A DNA stretch of 59,943 nt, taken from assembly GCA_964472475.1 (NCBI GenBank), contig CAYYLU010000003.1, positions 1 to 59,943 of the forward strand, in the 5' to 3' direction. The stretch is from an uncultured Syntrophus sp. Its GTDB lineage: Bacteria; Desulfobacterota; Syntrophorhabdia; Syntrophorhabdales; Syntrophorhabdaceae. Below the pieces are notes generated by a model. The model was not told the DNA's origin and did no database searches. It saw nothing but the letters and a program-made list of their open reading frames with translations. The translations under genes and the position numbers were made by a program. Shown here one piece after another: positions 1 to 9,063 of this stretch; the stretch's first letter is position 1, and every line of letters begins with the position of its first letter.

Positions 1-99
1 ACTGTCCGGAGTTTTGGAAGCTATATAAAACGACCAAGTAGAAGAATGAAGTCGATGAGTGGTGATATCTGAATTCTCTGTACTCCGCCTCCGTAGAAT

Positions 100-140
100 G
101 GGACTGCGATCGATTCTAATAATCAGATGATCGCAGTCCC
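100..140. repeat. Perfect 12-bp inverted repeat (GGGACTGCGATC / GATCGCAGTCCC) around a 17-nt spacer; stem-loop or protein-binding palindrome
   Basis: Arms 100-111 and 129-140 are exact reverse complements. There is no flanking T/A run and no adjacent ORF inside the window. Confidence 0.5.
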
Positions 141-463
141 AAAGATCAACAAAAGGAAAAATGAATTCACAGCCTCGCGACTTCCGCTTTCACTCCCATG
201 AGAGCAGCTGGAGACTACCTTGTTGTACTACTTCCAGTGCACTTGCACAGCATACAGCATAAATAGGGAAAAGAAGACGATAGCCCGTTTATTTGACTAG
301 GTGGAAATGTCTCCCTGATACATAAAAGTGCTTTGATTGCCTTTCTATGTTGGCTGTTCGGTCCAATCGGACAGTGAATTGAAGAAAGAGTTCCGCTAAT
401 ATCTCAGCTTATTTTGCCTTCATTCATGGCTACCGAACGTGGAGAACAACGTGTGGGAATCCA

Positions 464-691
464 CGATAGGATGCCGGTTCCTTCCGGTCAGCTTCCTGTG
501 CAAACACTCTCCTTTCGGCCCTGCGGCTCCAGTAGCTTCCACTCGGCCTCTATTACCGGGACTTGCATCGTCCCCTCCACGGGCATAAGCCCGATGGAGC
601 CACCCCTTCTCATCCGCTGTGTGGACTGCTTTCGAGTGAGAGTTTGCTTGAGGAAAACTGACATTCCGCCTGATGACAGATTCGGGATTAA
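464..691 (+). ncRNA. Conserved non-coding element, copy A (candidate structured RNA / 5' leader upstream of SDR-serC)
   Basis: Two blocks (490..547 and 638..691) align to the reverse complement of 55311..55367 and 55213..55266. The insert between them (548..637) is unrelated to the copy B insert but forms local hairpins (558..574, 580..593). The overlapping ORFs 414..713(+) and 420..824(-) have no protein-like features. Confidence 0.45.
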
Positions 692-916
692 GCGATTTCA
701 AATATTCCCGTAATTGCTCATTAACTGAAAAGCAGCTCTCACTCGCCTTTGAAGGAAATTGTTGACCGACCAAACGGTTTTTGCTGTCTATTATGAACAA
801 AAACTGATCTTGGTATGATATCATTAGTACAGGGATACAATGCGGAAAACCTGCCGCCCGGCAGCCTGCTGAGTTGTATCCGGAGAAAAAAGGACAGCCG
901 TAAGAAAAGAATAGTC

Positions 917-1633
917 ATGAATAAAGCAATTTTCATCGGCGCCAGTTCCGGGATAGGATACGCATTAACAAGAGTGTTGTCTGAGAACGGCTACACTGTC
1001 GGAATCATGGCAAGATGGGTACACCTTTTGGATGAACTCGCGAAACGGGTAAAAGGAACAGTTTTTATTAAACGCATCGATGCTTCGGATACGGGATCCG
1101 CAATGAAGGCTTTATCAGATCTAATAGAAGAAATGGACGGCGCAGATCTCGTTGTGATCAGTGCAGGCGCAGGAGAGATCAACGCGAATTTGAGCTGGGA
1201 CCTGGAGAATGAAACAATCAGGACGAACGTCAGCGGATTCTCGGCTCTTGTCAATATCGCCATGAAGCATTTCATGCAGAAGAGTTCGGGGCATCTTGTA
1301 GGCATCTCGTCGATAGCGGCCCTGCGTGGCGGCAGGGAATCTCCTGCATACAACGCGTCGAAAGCGTTTGAATCAAACTATCTTGAAGGACTTCGGCAAA
1401 AGGTAAGAAAGTTCCGATTATCAATCACAATAGCGGATATAAGGCCCGGATTTGTTAAGACGGTCATGGCCAAAGGTGAAGGCATTTTCTGGGCTGCCAA
1501 AGCTGAAGAAGCCGCAGAGCAGATATACCAGGCTATTAGACGAAGAAAGTCAATCACGTATATTACAAAACGCTGGCTATTGATCGCGTGGATTATGAGA
1601 ATGCTGCCTGCGTTCGTTTATGAAAGGCTGTAG
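917..1633 (+). CDS. Short-chain dehydrogenase/reductase (SDR) family oxidoreductase
   Basis: The internal ATG at 917 of ORF 815..1633 gives the N-terminus [17 protein letters not shown] (glycine-rich Rossmann motif). YNASK (YxxxK) lies downstream. Confidence 0.85.
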   Translation: MNKAIFIGASSGIGYALTRVLSENGYTVGIMARWVHLLDELAKRVKGTVFIKRIDASDTGSAMKALSDLIEEMDGADLVVISAGAGEINANLSWDLENETIRTNVSGFSALVNIAMKHFMQKSSGHLVGISSIAALRGGRESPAYNASKAFESNYLEGLRQKVRKFRLSITIADIRPGFVKTVMAKGEGIFWAAKAEEAAEQIYQAIRRRKSITYITKRWLLIAWIMRMLPAFVYERL

Positions 1634-1647
1634 ACAAGGAGAGTGTA

Positions 1648-2775
1648 ATGAAACCAGAAGTAAAACCCCACATTGGCAATTTCTCTTCGGGACCCTGCGC
1701 AAAGCGCCCCGGATATTCGCTCGAGAACCTACAATCCGCTCCTCTGGGCAGGTCCCATCGGGGAACCCTGGGGAAGGAAAGACTCCAGAAGTCCATTGAG
1801 AATACAAAACGTATTCTTGGGATACCTTCAGATTATCTTGTCGGCATAGTCCCTGCGTCTGATACAGGTGCAATGGAAATGACACTCTGGTCAATGCTCG
1901 GTGCAAGAGGTGTCGACGTCTTCTATTGGGAATCCTTCGGAAAAGAGTGGGCGGATGATATTGAGAAGCAGCTCAAGCTGCCCAATACGCGCGTGTTTAA
2001 GGCCGAATATGGCAAACTGCCGGACCTGAAGCAGGCGGATTTCCGGAACGATATTGTTTTTGTATGGAATGGCACTACAAGCGGTGTGAAAGTCCCTGAT
2101 GGAGACTGGATTCAGGATGACAGAGAAGGCCTGATAATATGCGACGCTACATCGGCTGTGTATGCTATGGCTTTGCCCTGGAGGAAACTGGATGTAATAA
2201 CGTTCTCATGGCAAAAGGTGCTCGGGGGCGAAGCTGCGCACGGTATGCTCGTACTTTCGCCAAGGGCCGTAAGGCGCCTTGAAATGTACACGCCCTCCTG
2301 GCCTCTTCCCAAGATATTCCGTATGGTGAAGAACGGCAAATTCATGTCCGAGATTTTCGAAGGCTCTACGATAAATACTCCATCAATGCTGTGTAACGAA
2401 GATTACCTCGATGCCCTCGCGTGGGCTGAGAGTGCCGGAGGTCTTGACGCTCTTATAAAGCGTTCAAATTCCAATCTCAATGTGTTTGAAGGATTTGTGA
2501 AAGAACACGACTGGATACACTTTCTTGCTGAGAAGAAGGAGATAAGATCCAATACGAGCGTTTGTCTCACCCTGGACCTTCCTCCTGATCATATAAAGGC
2601 TTTCATAAAGCTTCTGGAAAGGGAACAGGCAGCATATGATTGTGGTTCTTACAGAGACGCGCCTGCGGGACTTCGTTTCTGGTGCGGGGCGACTGTAGAG
2701 ACATCAGATATCGAAAAACTTCTTCCCTGGTTGGAATGGGCGTACGAGGAAGTAAGAAAGAATGAGGGCAAATGA
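1648..2775 (+). CDS. serC: Phosphoserine aminotransferase (long, ~375-aa SerC type)
   Basis: 375-aa ORF starting 15 nt after the SDR gene. It has the N-terminal [11 protein letters not shown] motif, and its class-V aminotransferase-like layout and length are typical of this SerC subfamily (recognised from memory). Confidence 0.8.
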   Translation: MKPEVKPHIGNFSSGPCAKRPGYSLENLQSAPLGRSHRGTLGKERLQKSIENTKRILGIPSDYLVGIVPASDTGAMEMTLWSMLGARGVDVFYWESFGKEWADDIEKQLKLPNTRVFKAEYGKLPDLKQADFRNDIVFVWNGTTSGVKVPDGDWIQDDREGLIICDATSAVYAMALPWRKLDVITFSWQKVLGGEAAHGMLVLSPRAVRRLEMYTPSWPLPKIFRMVKNGKFMSEIFEGSTINTPSMLCNEDYLDALAWAESAGGLDALIKRSNSNLNVFEGFVKEHDWIHFLAEKKEIRSNTSVCLTLDLPPDHIKAFIKLLEREQAAYDCGSYRDAPAGLRFWCGATVETSDIEKLLPWLEWAYEEVRKNEGK

Positions 2776-2999
2776 TCGGCTTTCTTTGGCAAGTCGCAAG
2801 TAACAGATCACAGGCGGTACCGTGCCGATGAGCAGTTGCAGGTTTTGAAAATACATTTCCTGTCGTTGCTTGTGTTCTGCAGCTGGCATCCATATCTTGA
2901 TTTGCCGCCAAACATCAGTTCAGCATCTGGTTTCAGTTCCATCCTGATGAGCGCAGCACCTGTCCACCAGATTTGGTGGTGGGAATGGACATTCTTGTT

Positions 3000-3725
3000 T
3001 CAGCTGGTGCACTCCGAAACGGTGACCTGTCCGAGGTAGGAGTCGATAATTGCCTGATCGGCCATCAACTGCTTTGCAGATCCGTCGAGGACTATCTTTC
3101 CGCTCTCCATCACATAACCATGGTCGGAAATCGTGAGTGCCTGATGGGCATTTTGTTCGACCAGCAGAATTGTGAGACCTTCGGCGTGCAGCTCATTGAT
3201 GATATCGAAGATCGTCTGAACGAGCAAAGGCGCCAATCCAAGCGACGGCTCATCCAGGAGCAGGAGCTTAGGCTTCGCCATGAGACCACGTGCGATCGCA
3301 AGCATCTGCTGTTCGCCACCTGAAAGAGTCCCCGCCGGTGATTTCCGGCGTTCGCCCAGTATTGGGAACCTTTTCTCCATGGCGGCAATAGAGTTGCGAG
3401 TCTCGCCGGCAGACCTGCGGTAAGCACCAAGCTCAAGGTTTTCCCTTACCGTCATGTTTGCCAGAACCAGACGGCCCTCAGGAATCTGAACGATACCTTC
3501 CGAGACCCTCTTGTGGGCGCTCGCGTGGGTAATATCTTTTCCCTGAAATCGTATGCTACCTTGAGAGACCGGAACGACGCCGCTGAGTGCGTTTAACGTT
3601 GTGGTCTTGCCCGCACCATTGGGGCCAACCAGAGAAACAATAGAGCCTTCGGAGACGTTGAAGGAAATCTCACGTACCGCCTCTACGTGTCCGTATGATA
3701 CGGTGAGCCCGCTGACCTCAAGCAT
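3000..3725 (-). CDS. livF: Branched-chain amino-acid ABC transporter ATP-binding protein (LivF type)
   Basis: Start MLEVSGLTVSYG, Walker A GPNGAGKTT, signature LSGGEQQ. The start overlaps the livG stop (AATGCTTGA at 3718-3726). Confidence 0.9.
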   Translation of the reverse strand: MLEVSGLTVSYGHVEAVREISFNVSEGSIVSLVGPNGAGKTTTLNALSGVVPVSQGSIRFQGKDITHASAHKRVSEGIVQIPEGRLVLANMTVRENLELGAYRRSAGETRNSIAAMEKRFPILGERRKSPAGTLSGGEQQMLAIARGLMAKPKLLLLDEPSLGLAPLLVQTIFDIINELHAEGLTILLVEQNAHQALTISDHGYVMESGKIVLDGSAKQLMADQAIIDSYLGQVTVSECTS

Positions 3726-4488
3726 TTTGTCCTCCGGTGCCGAGGTATGCTTCGACCACTTCACGACACGCCCGGACTTCCGTGGGGCTGCCCGTGGTGA
3801 GAACTCGACCGAAATCGAGAACCGTAATGCGGGAACACAGGTTCATGACGAAAGACATGTTATGTTCGATCAAGAGGATAGTAACACCCTCCCTGCTAAG
3901 GTTCCTAACAAGATCCGCAACGACGGATGCCTCCCCCTGGCGCATGCCGGCGACCGGTTCATCGAGAAACAGTAGAGTTGGATTAAGAGCCAGTGCCCTC
4001 GCTATTTCAAGACGGCGACGCTCTCCATACGACAGGTTTCGTGACTGGTAGCCTGCTTTATCAGCAAGCCCCACCCGCTCCAGTGTTTTCATAGCCCGGT
4101 CATAAAGCTGACGGTCCTCGCGGCGTGCCGACGGCATCTGAAGCAATCGTGGCAGAAGCGACCGACGCGATGTAAGGTGCTGGCCTGCCTCAACATTCTC
4201 CAGACAAGTCATATGCGGAAAGAGACGAATGTTCTGGAATGTCCTTGCTATGCCGATTGCTGCCATTTGATGAACGGCCAATCGGTTCAGATCGTGATTT
4301 TTATAGCTCATTCTACCGCCACTCGGCGGAATCAGACCGCTTAGAACATTGATGAGCGTTGTTTTCCCGGCACCATTAGGGCCGATCAGACCGTGTATAG
4401 TCCCGGGTTCAACCACGAAAGAAACACCGTCCAATGCACGTACGCCGCCAAAATTCCTCGAAACGTTTTCTATGGTCAGTCTATTCAT
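3718..4488 (-). CDS. livG: Branched-chain amino-acid ABC transporter ATP-binding protein (LivG type)
   Basis: Motifs FGGVRALDGVSF, Walker A GPNGAGKTT and LSYGERRRLEIARAL. ATGA overlap with the upstream permease gene. Confidence 0.9.
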   Translation of the reverse strand: MNRLTIENVSRNFGGVRALDGVSFVVEPGTIHGLIGPNGAGKTTLINVLSGLIPPSGGRMSYKNHDLNRLAVHQMAAIGIARTFQNIRLFPHMTCLENVEAGQHLTSRRSLLPRLLQMPSARREDRQLYDRAMKTLERVGLADKAGYQSRNLSYGERRRLEIARALALNPTLLFLDEPVAGMRQGEASVVADLVRNLSREGVTILLIEHNMSFVMNLCSRITVLDFGRVLTTGSPTEVRACREVVEAYLGTGGQNA

Positions 4489-5363
4489 TGCGCCACTGCC
4501 TTTGTTTCAGGAGTTCGCTTCTTTGAAAAGACGGAGGCTAACCCATTCGGGAGAAACAGGATCACCAGGAGGAGGATTAATCCATTTATCCCCAGGCGGA
4601 TAGGTCCCGCGGTCACACCGATCCCGCGCAGAACTTCCGGGAGCGCGGTAAGCATCACGGCACCCAGAATAGGTCCGTACCAGACTGCTATGCCCCCGAC
4701 GATATTATATGTTAACAGATCGACTGCCACAAAAAACCCATAATCACGTGGTGTAAGCAGGTAATTCAGGTGAGCGTACATACCACCCGCAAGTCCTGCA
4801 ATCATTGCGCCGATCACAAAAGCGACGACCTTGTACTGTGTGATGCGTATACCGATAGAGCTTGCCGCAGTCTCATCTTCGCGCATGCTTATGAGCCCCC
4901 AACCGATGCGGGAGCGCCTCAGTACAGCTACAAAGTAAGCAGTCACGGCAAGAACCAGATAGATCATCCATGTTGTGATAACATTCGGTATACCTGTCAG
5001 ACCTTCAGCCCCGCCGGTAATATTGAGATTGACCGCCGCAAGCCGAACTACTTCACCGAAGGCAAGGGTCGCCATCGCCAGAAAAACCCCGCGAAGCCGC
5101 AGCACGGGAAGTCCGACCACAAGTCCTACGATCCCCGCAGCGCAGGCGCCGCCAGCAAGGGAGACCACAAAGGGTAGTTTAAAGTGCAGGCTCAGGATGC
5201 CGGCGGTGTAGCCTCCTATCGCGGCAAAAGCAGCGTTACCTATCGACAACATGCCCGCCGACAGGGTCACATTCATGCTCAACGCCAGGAGAGCGTTAAT
5301 GCCGATGAAGTTCAGTACACTACCGTATATGGCGTAGAATTGAGCAAGATATTCCAACCTCAT
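4485..5363 (-). CDS. livM: Branched-chain amino-acid ABC transporter permease (LivM type)
   Basis: 292-aa polytopic hydrophobic ORF sitting between livH and livG, with 4-nt start/stop overlaps. Confidence 0.85.
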   Translation of the reverse strand: MRLEYLAQFYAIYGSVLNFIGINALLALSMNVTLSAGMLSIGNAAFAAIGGYTAGILSLHFKLPFVVSLAGGACAAGIVGLVVGLPVLRLRGVFLAMATLAFGEVVRLAAVNLNITGGAEGLTGIPNVITTWMIYLVLAVTAYFVAVLRRSRIGWGLISMREDETAASSIGIRITQYKVVAFVIGAMIAGLAGGMYAHLNYLLTPRDYGFFVAVDLLTYNIVGGIAVWYGPILGAVMLTALPEVLRGIGVTAGPIRLGINGLILLLVILFLPNGLASVFSKKRTPETKAVAQ

Positions 5364-6250
5364 GCCTCCCTTGTTTTCCCGCGCCCCAGAAGACCGGAAG
5401 GACGGATCAGAAGAATAATAAAGAGAACTGCAAACGCAACCGCGTCCCTCAAGTTAGACGTGCCGGTTATCGCTACCGTGAGTACTTCGCTTAGGCCAAA
5501 AGCGAGGCCACCCAGTATGGCGCCGGGAATGCTTCCCATGCCGCCGAGGATGATTACGGCAAGACCCTTAAGCTCAATAGAACGGCCCATATCCGGTGTA
5601 AGGTTGTTGAAGTAAAGGCCGTAGAGAATGCCCGCAGCTCCACCGAGAGCTGAAGATATAAAGAATGTAAGGTTAATGATGCCGTTCACGTTGACACCGA
5701 GAAGTGTGGCAGTCCGTTCGTTCTCACCTATGGCACGTATAGCCTTGCCCATTCGTGTGCGCCCGATAAAAATTGTAAGAATGACCATCAACAGGGCGGC
5801 GACGCAAACAATCCCCACTTGCAGGAGAGTGATGGTTACCCCGCCGATATGCCACGCATGTGCTGCCACGGTGCCTACCGGAAATCTCACGGATCGGGCG
5901 CCGAACAATCCCAGAGCGCCCGCCTCGAAGATAATTGCCATAGCGATAGATGATATCAATCCGGAGAACTGACTATCGCTGCGTTTACGAAGGGGAGCGA
6001 ACGCGACCTGATTGAGCAAAAGCCCGAGCAGGCCTGCTATGATAGTTGCCGCAGGGAAGGCAAGCCAGATGGACAACCCGGCATTTTCTACGAGCCAGAG
6101 GGCCACCAGTCCTGCAAGCGTAAAAATGGCAGCGTGTGCGAGGTTCAACATATCAAGCACACCGAATACAAGCGTATAGCCCACCGCGAACAGACCGTAC
6201 ACGCTGCCGAGAAAGAGACCGTTGATCAGCTGTTGGAGAAGTATGCTCAC
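5360..6250 (-). CDS. livH: Branched-chain amino-acid ABC transporter permease (LivH type)
   Basis: 296-aa polytopic ORF. The N-terminus LLQQLINGLFLGSVYGLFAVGYTLVFG is typical of LivH. Confidence 0.85.
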   Translation of the reverse strand: MSILLQQLINGLFLGSVYGLFAVGYTLVFGVLDMLNLAHAAIFTLAGLVALWLVENAGLSIWLAFPAATIIAGLLGLLLNQVAFAPLRKRSDSQFSGLISSIAMAIIFEAGALGLFGARSVRFPVGTVAAHAWHIGGVTITLLQVGIVCVAALLMVILTIFIGRTRMGKAIRAIGENERTATLLGVNVNGIINLTFFISSALGGAAGILYGLYFNNLTPDMGRSIELKGLAVIILGGMGSIPGAILGGLAFGLSEVLTVAITGTSNLRDAVAFAVLFIILLIRPSGLLGRGKTREA

Positions 6251-6265
6251 TGTTCTCTCGAAGTC

Positions 6266-7402
6266 CTAGTTGCCCAACACCACGAATTTTCCGCCTTTGA
6301 TTTCCTGGACGATACCCGTGTGGTTGCCATCACGGCCTTCCGTGAAGGAGAAACGGCCCAGCACTGTATCCATGTTCTTGACCTTGGCGAGGGCATTGCG
6401 CAGTGTCTTTCGGTCTGCACCACCACCCGACGCTTTTGCCGCCTGATAGGCAATCTGTACACCGGCATACGCCTGTGCCGCGAACTGGTCCGGCGCGTGA
6501 TTATATTTTTTCGTAAAGTCGTTGACAAACTTAACATTGAGCGGAGCGGTGGAAGTAATGTTCCATGCTGCACCCACGATTATGCCTTCAGCCGCATCGC
6601 CTGCGTTCTTGATCAGGCCCGGAGAGTTAAGCCCGTTGCCTCCGATGATGCGTACGGTCTTTGGTATACCCAACTGGCGTGCCTGGCTCGCAATTCCGGA
6701 TGCCTCTTCTGCCAGCGCGGCGGCGATGATTGCATCGGGATTTTGAGATTTGATCTGAGTGAGCTGAGGCGAAAAGTCACGGTCGCCTTTGGCAAACACC
6801 TGTTCGCTGAGAACCTGGATCCCGGAGGCCTGCAGGTTTTTCTTAAACACTTCATATGTGGCCTTCGTCATCGCGTCGTCATTTCCGTAAAGCATCGCTA
6901 CCTTCTTCAGGCCCAGCTTCTCTTTTGCGACCTTCACTGTGTGAGGGATAACGACATCTTCGGTTAAAGAATTGCGGAAGATGTAATCGCCAATTTCAGT
7001 AATGCCGGAAATTGTGTTACTGATAGCAAGCACCGGCACGCCGGCTTTCTGCGCGATCGGGTCTGTGATTTTGGCTGTGTTGCTCAAGGTCGGGCCAATG
7101 ATCATTGAGACTTTATCGCCATTGATCAGCTTGTTGAATACATTGGTGCCTTGCTGAGGCACGCTGGCATCATCCTCCCAGACGGGGACGATCTGCAAAC
7201 CGTTTTTCCCGGCAGCCGCGTTGATCTGCTCAATCGCAAGGGAAGCGCCTTCCTTCTGAGTGGCGCCGTACACTGCCGCGCCGCCCGTCATACTGAAGAC
7301 CAGGCCAAGCTTGAATGACGCCGCCTGTGCCGGCACTGCAATGGTTACAAAAATGAACACACTTAAAACCACTCCGATCAGAGTGCGAACTGATGATTTC
7401 AT
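6266..7402 (-). CDS. Periplasmic branched-chain amino-acid ABC substrate-binding protein (LivJ/LivK family)
   Basis: The ATG at 7402 follows AAGGAGG. The signal peptide ends AQA; LGLVFSMTGGAAVYG is typical of the type I periplasmic binding fold. First gene of the liv operon. Confidence 0.85.
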   Translation of the reverse strand: MKSSVRTLIGVVLSVFIFVTIAVPAQAASFKLGLVFSMTGGAAVYGATQKEGASLAIEQINAAAGKNGLQIVPVWEDDASVPQQGTNVFNKLINGDKVSMIIGPTLSNTAKITDPIAQKAGVPVLAISNTISGITEIGDYIFRNSLTEDVVIPHTVKVAKEKLGLKKVAMLYGNDDAMTKATYEVFKKNLQASGIQVLSEQVFAKGDRDFSPQLTQIKSQNPDAIIAAALAEEASGIASQARQLGIPKTVRIIGGNGLNSPGLIKNAGDAAEGIIVGAAWNITSTAPLNVKFVNDFTKKYNHAPDQFAAQAYAGVQIAYQAAKASGGGADRKTLRNALAKVKNMDTVLGRFSFTEGRDGNHTGIVQEIKGGKFVVLGN

Positions 7403-7742
7403 ACTACCTCCTTGTAGTTTGAGCTTCGAGGTAGGCCTTGCCACCCAATGAGAACCAATCAGACGTGTCACATTTCATTCCAGATGTAAGAATGAACTCT
7501 GCGCTCCCGGTTGAAACGGAGATACAGTTATCGACCGGACTATTTGATTTGGTTGGTGGACGGGGTTTCCCTTATGAAGCATGGCACCGATTTCCTGGGG
7601 TGAAGTATAGCACTTTTTGCAGGCAGAAGGAAAAGTTTTTTACTGAGTCAAGAGTTGAAAAGCAATACGATAATAGTATACGGAAGCGTGCACCGTCCAC
7701 CCGGACATTGTCTGCAGCGCGTGGATCGCTGTATAATATCGA

Positions 7743-7874
7743 ATGGCCAGAGTCATTCTTTGCGTTGACATGGATGCGTTCTTCGCCTCTGTGGAGCAGC
7801 AATCTAACCCCGAGCTCAGAGGTAAGCCAATAGCAGTGTTCGGAGCCGTGCCAAGAACAGTCATAACCACGTCG
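7743..7874 (+). pseudogene. dinB: 5' remnant (~44 codons) of a DNA polymerase IV gene
   Basis: [32 protein letters not shown]... matches the conserved Y-family polymerase N-terminus ([10 protein letters not shown]). Similarity is lost after ~7874, and the reading frame runs into the 3' end of the convergent aldo/keto reductase gene. Confidence 0.6.
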
Positions 7875-7913
7875 TTGTTGTGTGTCCGATTCTCTGCGCT
7901 TTCCAGCTTTGAT

Positions 7914-8906
7914 CTACTCGTTTGTTACCGGATCAAACAAGCGCGGGTGTGCAACGCCATCAATTGCCAAGGGTGCAATTGCCGCAATCAGTTCATCGCT
8001 CCGCTCTAATAGCTGCAGCGCCTTAATATCCTCTTGCAGATCAGAAATACGGGTTACGCCTATCAATGCGGTGGCGGCAGCCTTGTTTGCGAGCACAGTT
8101 GCAATGGCAATCTGGGCCGGTGTTGCATCAAACTGGATGGCAATCTTCTGTAGAATCCCATAATTAGAACGTATGCGCTCGCGGATACCTCCGGCGTCGC
8201 GGGCGATATTGCGATCCACCGGCACTTTTCCCTGTGCCGCCGCGCTTGGGTCTACGCGATCGCGATCGAGATGTCCCGCAAGAATACCGCCCTCCATTGT
8301 GTGTGCCGCGCACAGACGTATACCGGTTTCGGAAAACAATCTGGTATACTCCGGGCCTTCAACAATGGCTCGACGGGCCAGGTTATATTGCAGTTGAACC
8401 ATTAAAGGCCGGGCTTTGCCCAGCTTTCCAAGATAATCGTGTGCGCGTTTTATCTCTTCCGGCTCCCAATTTGTTGCTCCCCAACCGCGTGTCAGCCCTG
8501 ATTCTACCAGAGCCGCTATTTCTTCACAAAAACCTCCAAAGTCTGTACCCGGTGTGGGACGAGAAACCATCACGAGATCTACATGGTCGATGGCAAGCCT
8601 TACCAGCGCCTGCCGCAACTGCTCTTTGAGGGGCTGGGCAGGATAGTCCCATAACCAGAGCTTTTCAGCCAGCACGTAGTCACTGCGTGACGGTGCGAGG
8701 ACCTGTAGAATACGTCCGAAAATTATCTCGGTGTGCGGCTTATCCCAATAGTATCCGACATCAAAAAAGTTGATGCCGAGGTCGAGCGCCTGTTTCACCA
8801 GTTCCAGTCCGTCTTCAAACTTGAGACGCGAAAATGAGTTCCACGATCCCAGAGAAAGACGTGAAATCCCGGGAAAGCTTTCTGTTAATTGCGTGTATGT
8901 CATCAT
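7914..8906 (-). CDS. Aldo/keto reductase family oxidoreductase
   Basis: 330-aa [12 protein letters not shown]...[11 protein letters not shown] and the overall (alpha/beta)8 AKR-like pattern, from memory of the family. Confidence 0.8.
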   Translation of the reverse strand: MMTYTQLTESFPGISRLSLGSWNSFSRLKFEDGLELVKQALDLGINFFDVGYYWDKPHTEIIFGRILQVLAPSRSDYVLAEKLWLWDYPAQPLKEQLRQALVRLAIDHVDLVMVSRPTPGTDFGGFCEEIAALVESGLTRGWGATNWEPEEIKRAHDYLGKLGKARPLMVQLQYNLARRAIVEGPEYTRLFSETGIRLCAAHTMEGGILAGHLDRDRVDPSAAAQGKVPVDRNIARDAGGIRERIRSNYGILQKIAIQFDATPAQIAIATVLANKAAATALIGVTRISDLQEDIKALQLLERSDELIAAIAPLAIDGVAHPRLFDPVTNE

Positions 8907-9063
8907 ACGTAATCTCCGCTATCTCTATTTTCTACTGCATGAACTGTTGCAATAAGCAGACGTATACACAAAACACATAATTCTGCATTGTGTCAACCTG
9001 AATACGATTGATAGACCGGTTGTATGCTCGCGATGCGATCTCTGCCGCTCAGATCCTGCTCGA

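Noticed and set aside
100-140. The 12-bp perfect hairpin as a rho-independent terminator or attachment site
   Set aside because: There is no U-tract on either strand, no flanking gene within the window and no second copy in the window. It is kept as a feature, but its function cannot be assigned.
464-691. Identity of the repeated element as RNase P RNA, SRP RNA, a cobalamin or glycine riboswitch, a T-box, the glmS ribozyme or a group II intron domain
   Set aside because: Short look-alike strings exist: GAGGAAA.., ACAGAUUCGGGAUUA, GGAAGCUGACC on the opposite strand, and CUGGAGCC..GGAGCAAAAGGAG. Their order, spacing and strand do not fit the known architectures as I remember them. Two diverged copies also argue against a single-copy housekeeping RNA. 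I could not verify this without cmscan.
414-824. ORFs 414..713 (+) and 420..824 (-), and likewise 55194..55376 (-) and 55209..55406 (+), as protein-coding genes covering the repeated element
   Set aside because: Both strands are open by chance. Differences between the two copies are not concentrated at third codon positions. The variable insert differs by 46 nt, which is not a multiple of 3, so no single frame is preserved across both conserved blocks. The translations are low-complexity.
6134-6967. 277-aa plus-strand ORF (and similar long antisense ORFs: 11849..12370, 35190..35867, 42918..43502, 55575..56138, 20323..20799)
   Set aside because: They lie entirely antisense to, or overlapping, confidently identified genes. 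They have Arg/Cys/His-rich non-protein-like composition and are shadow ORFs.
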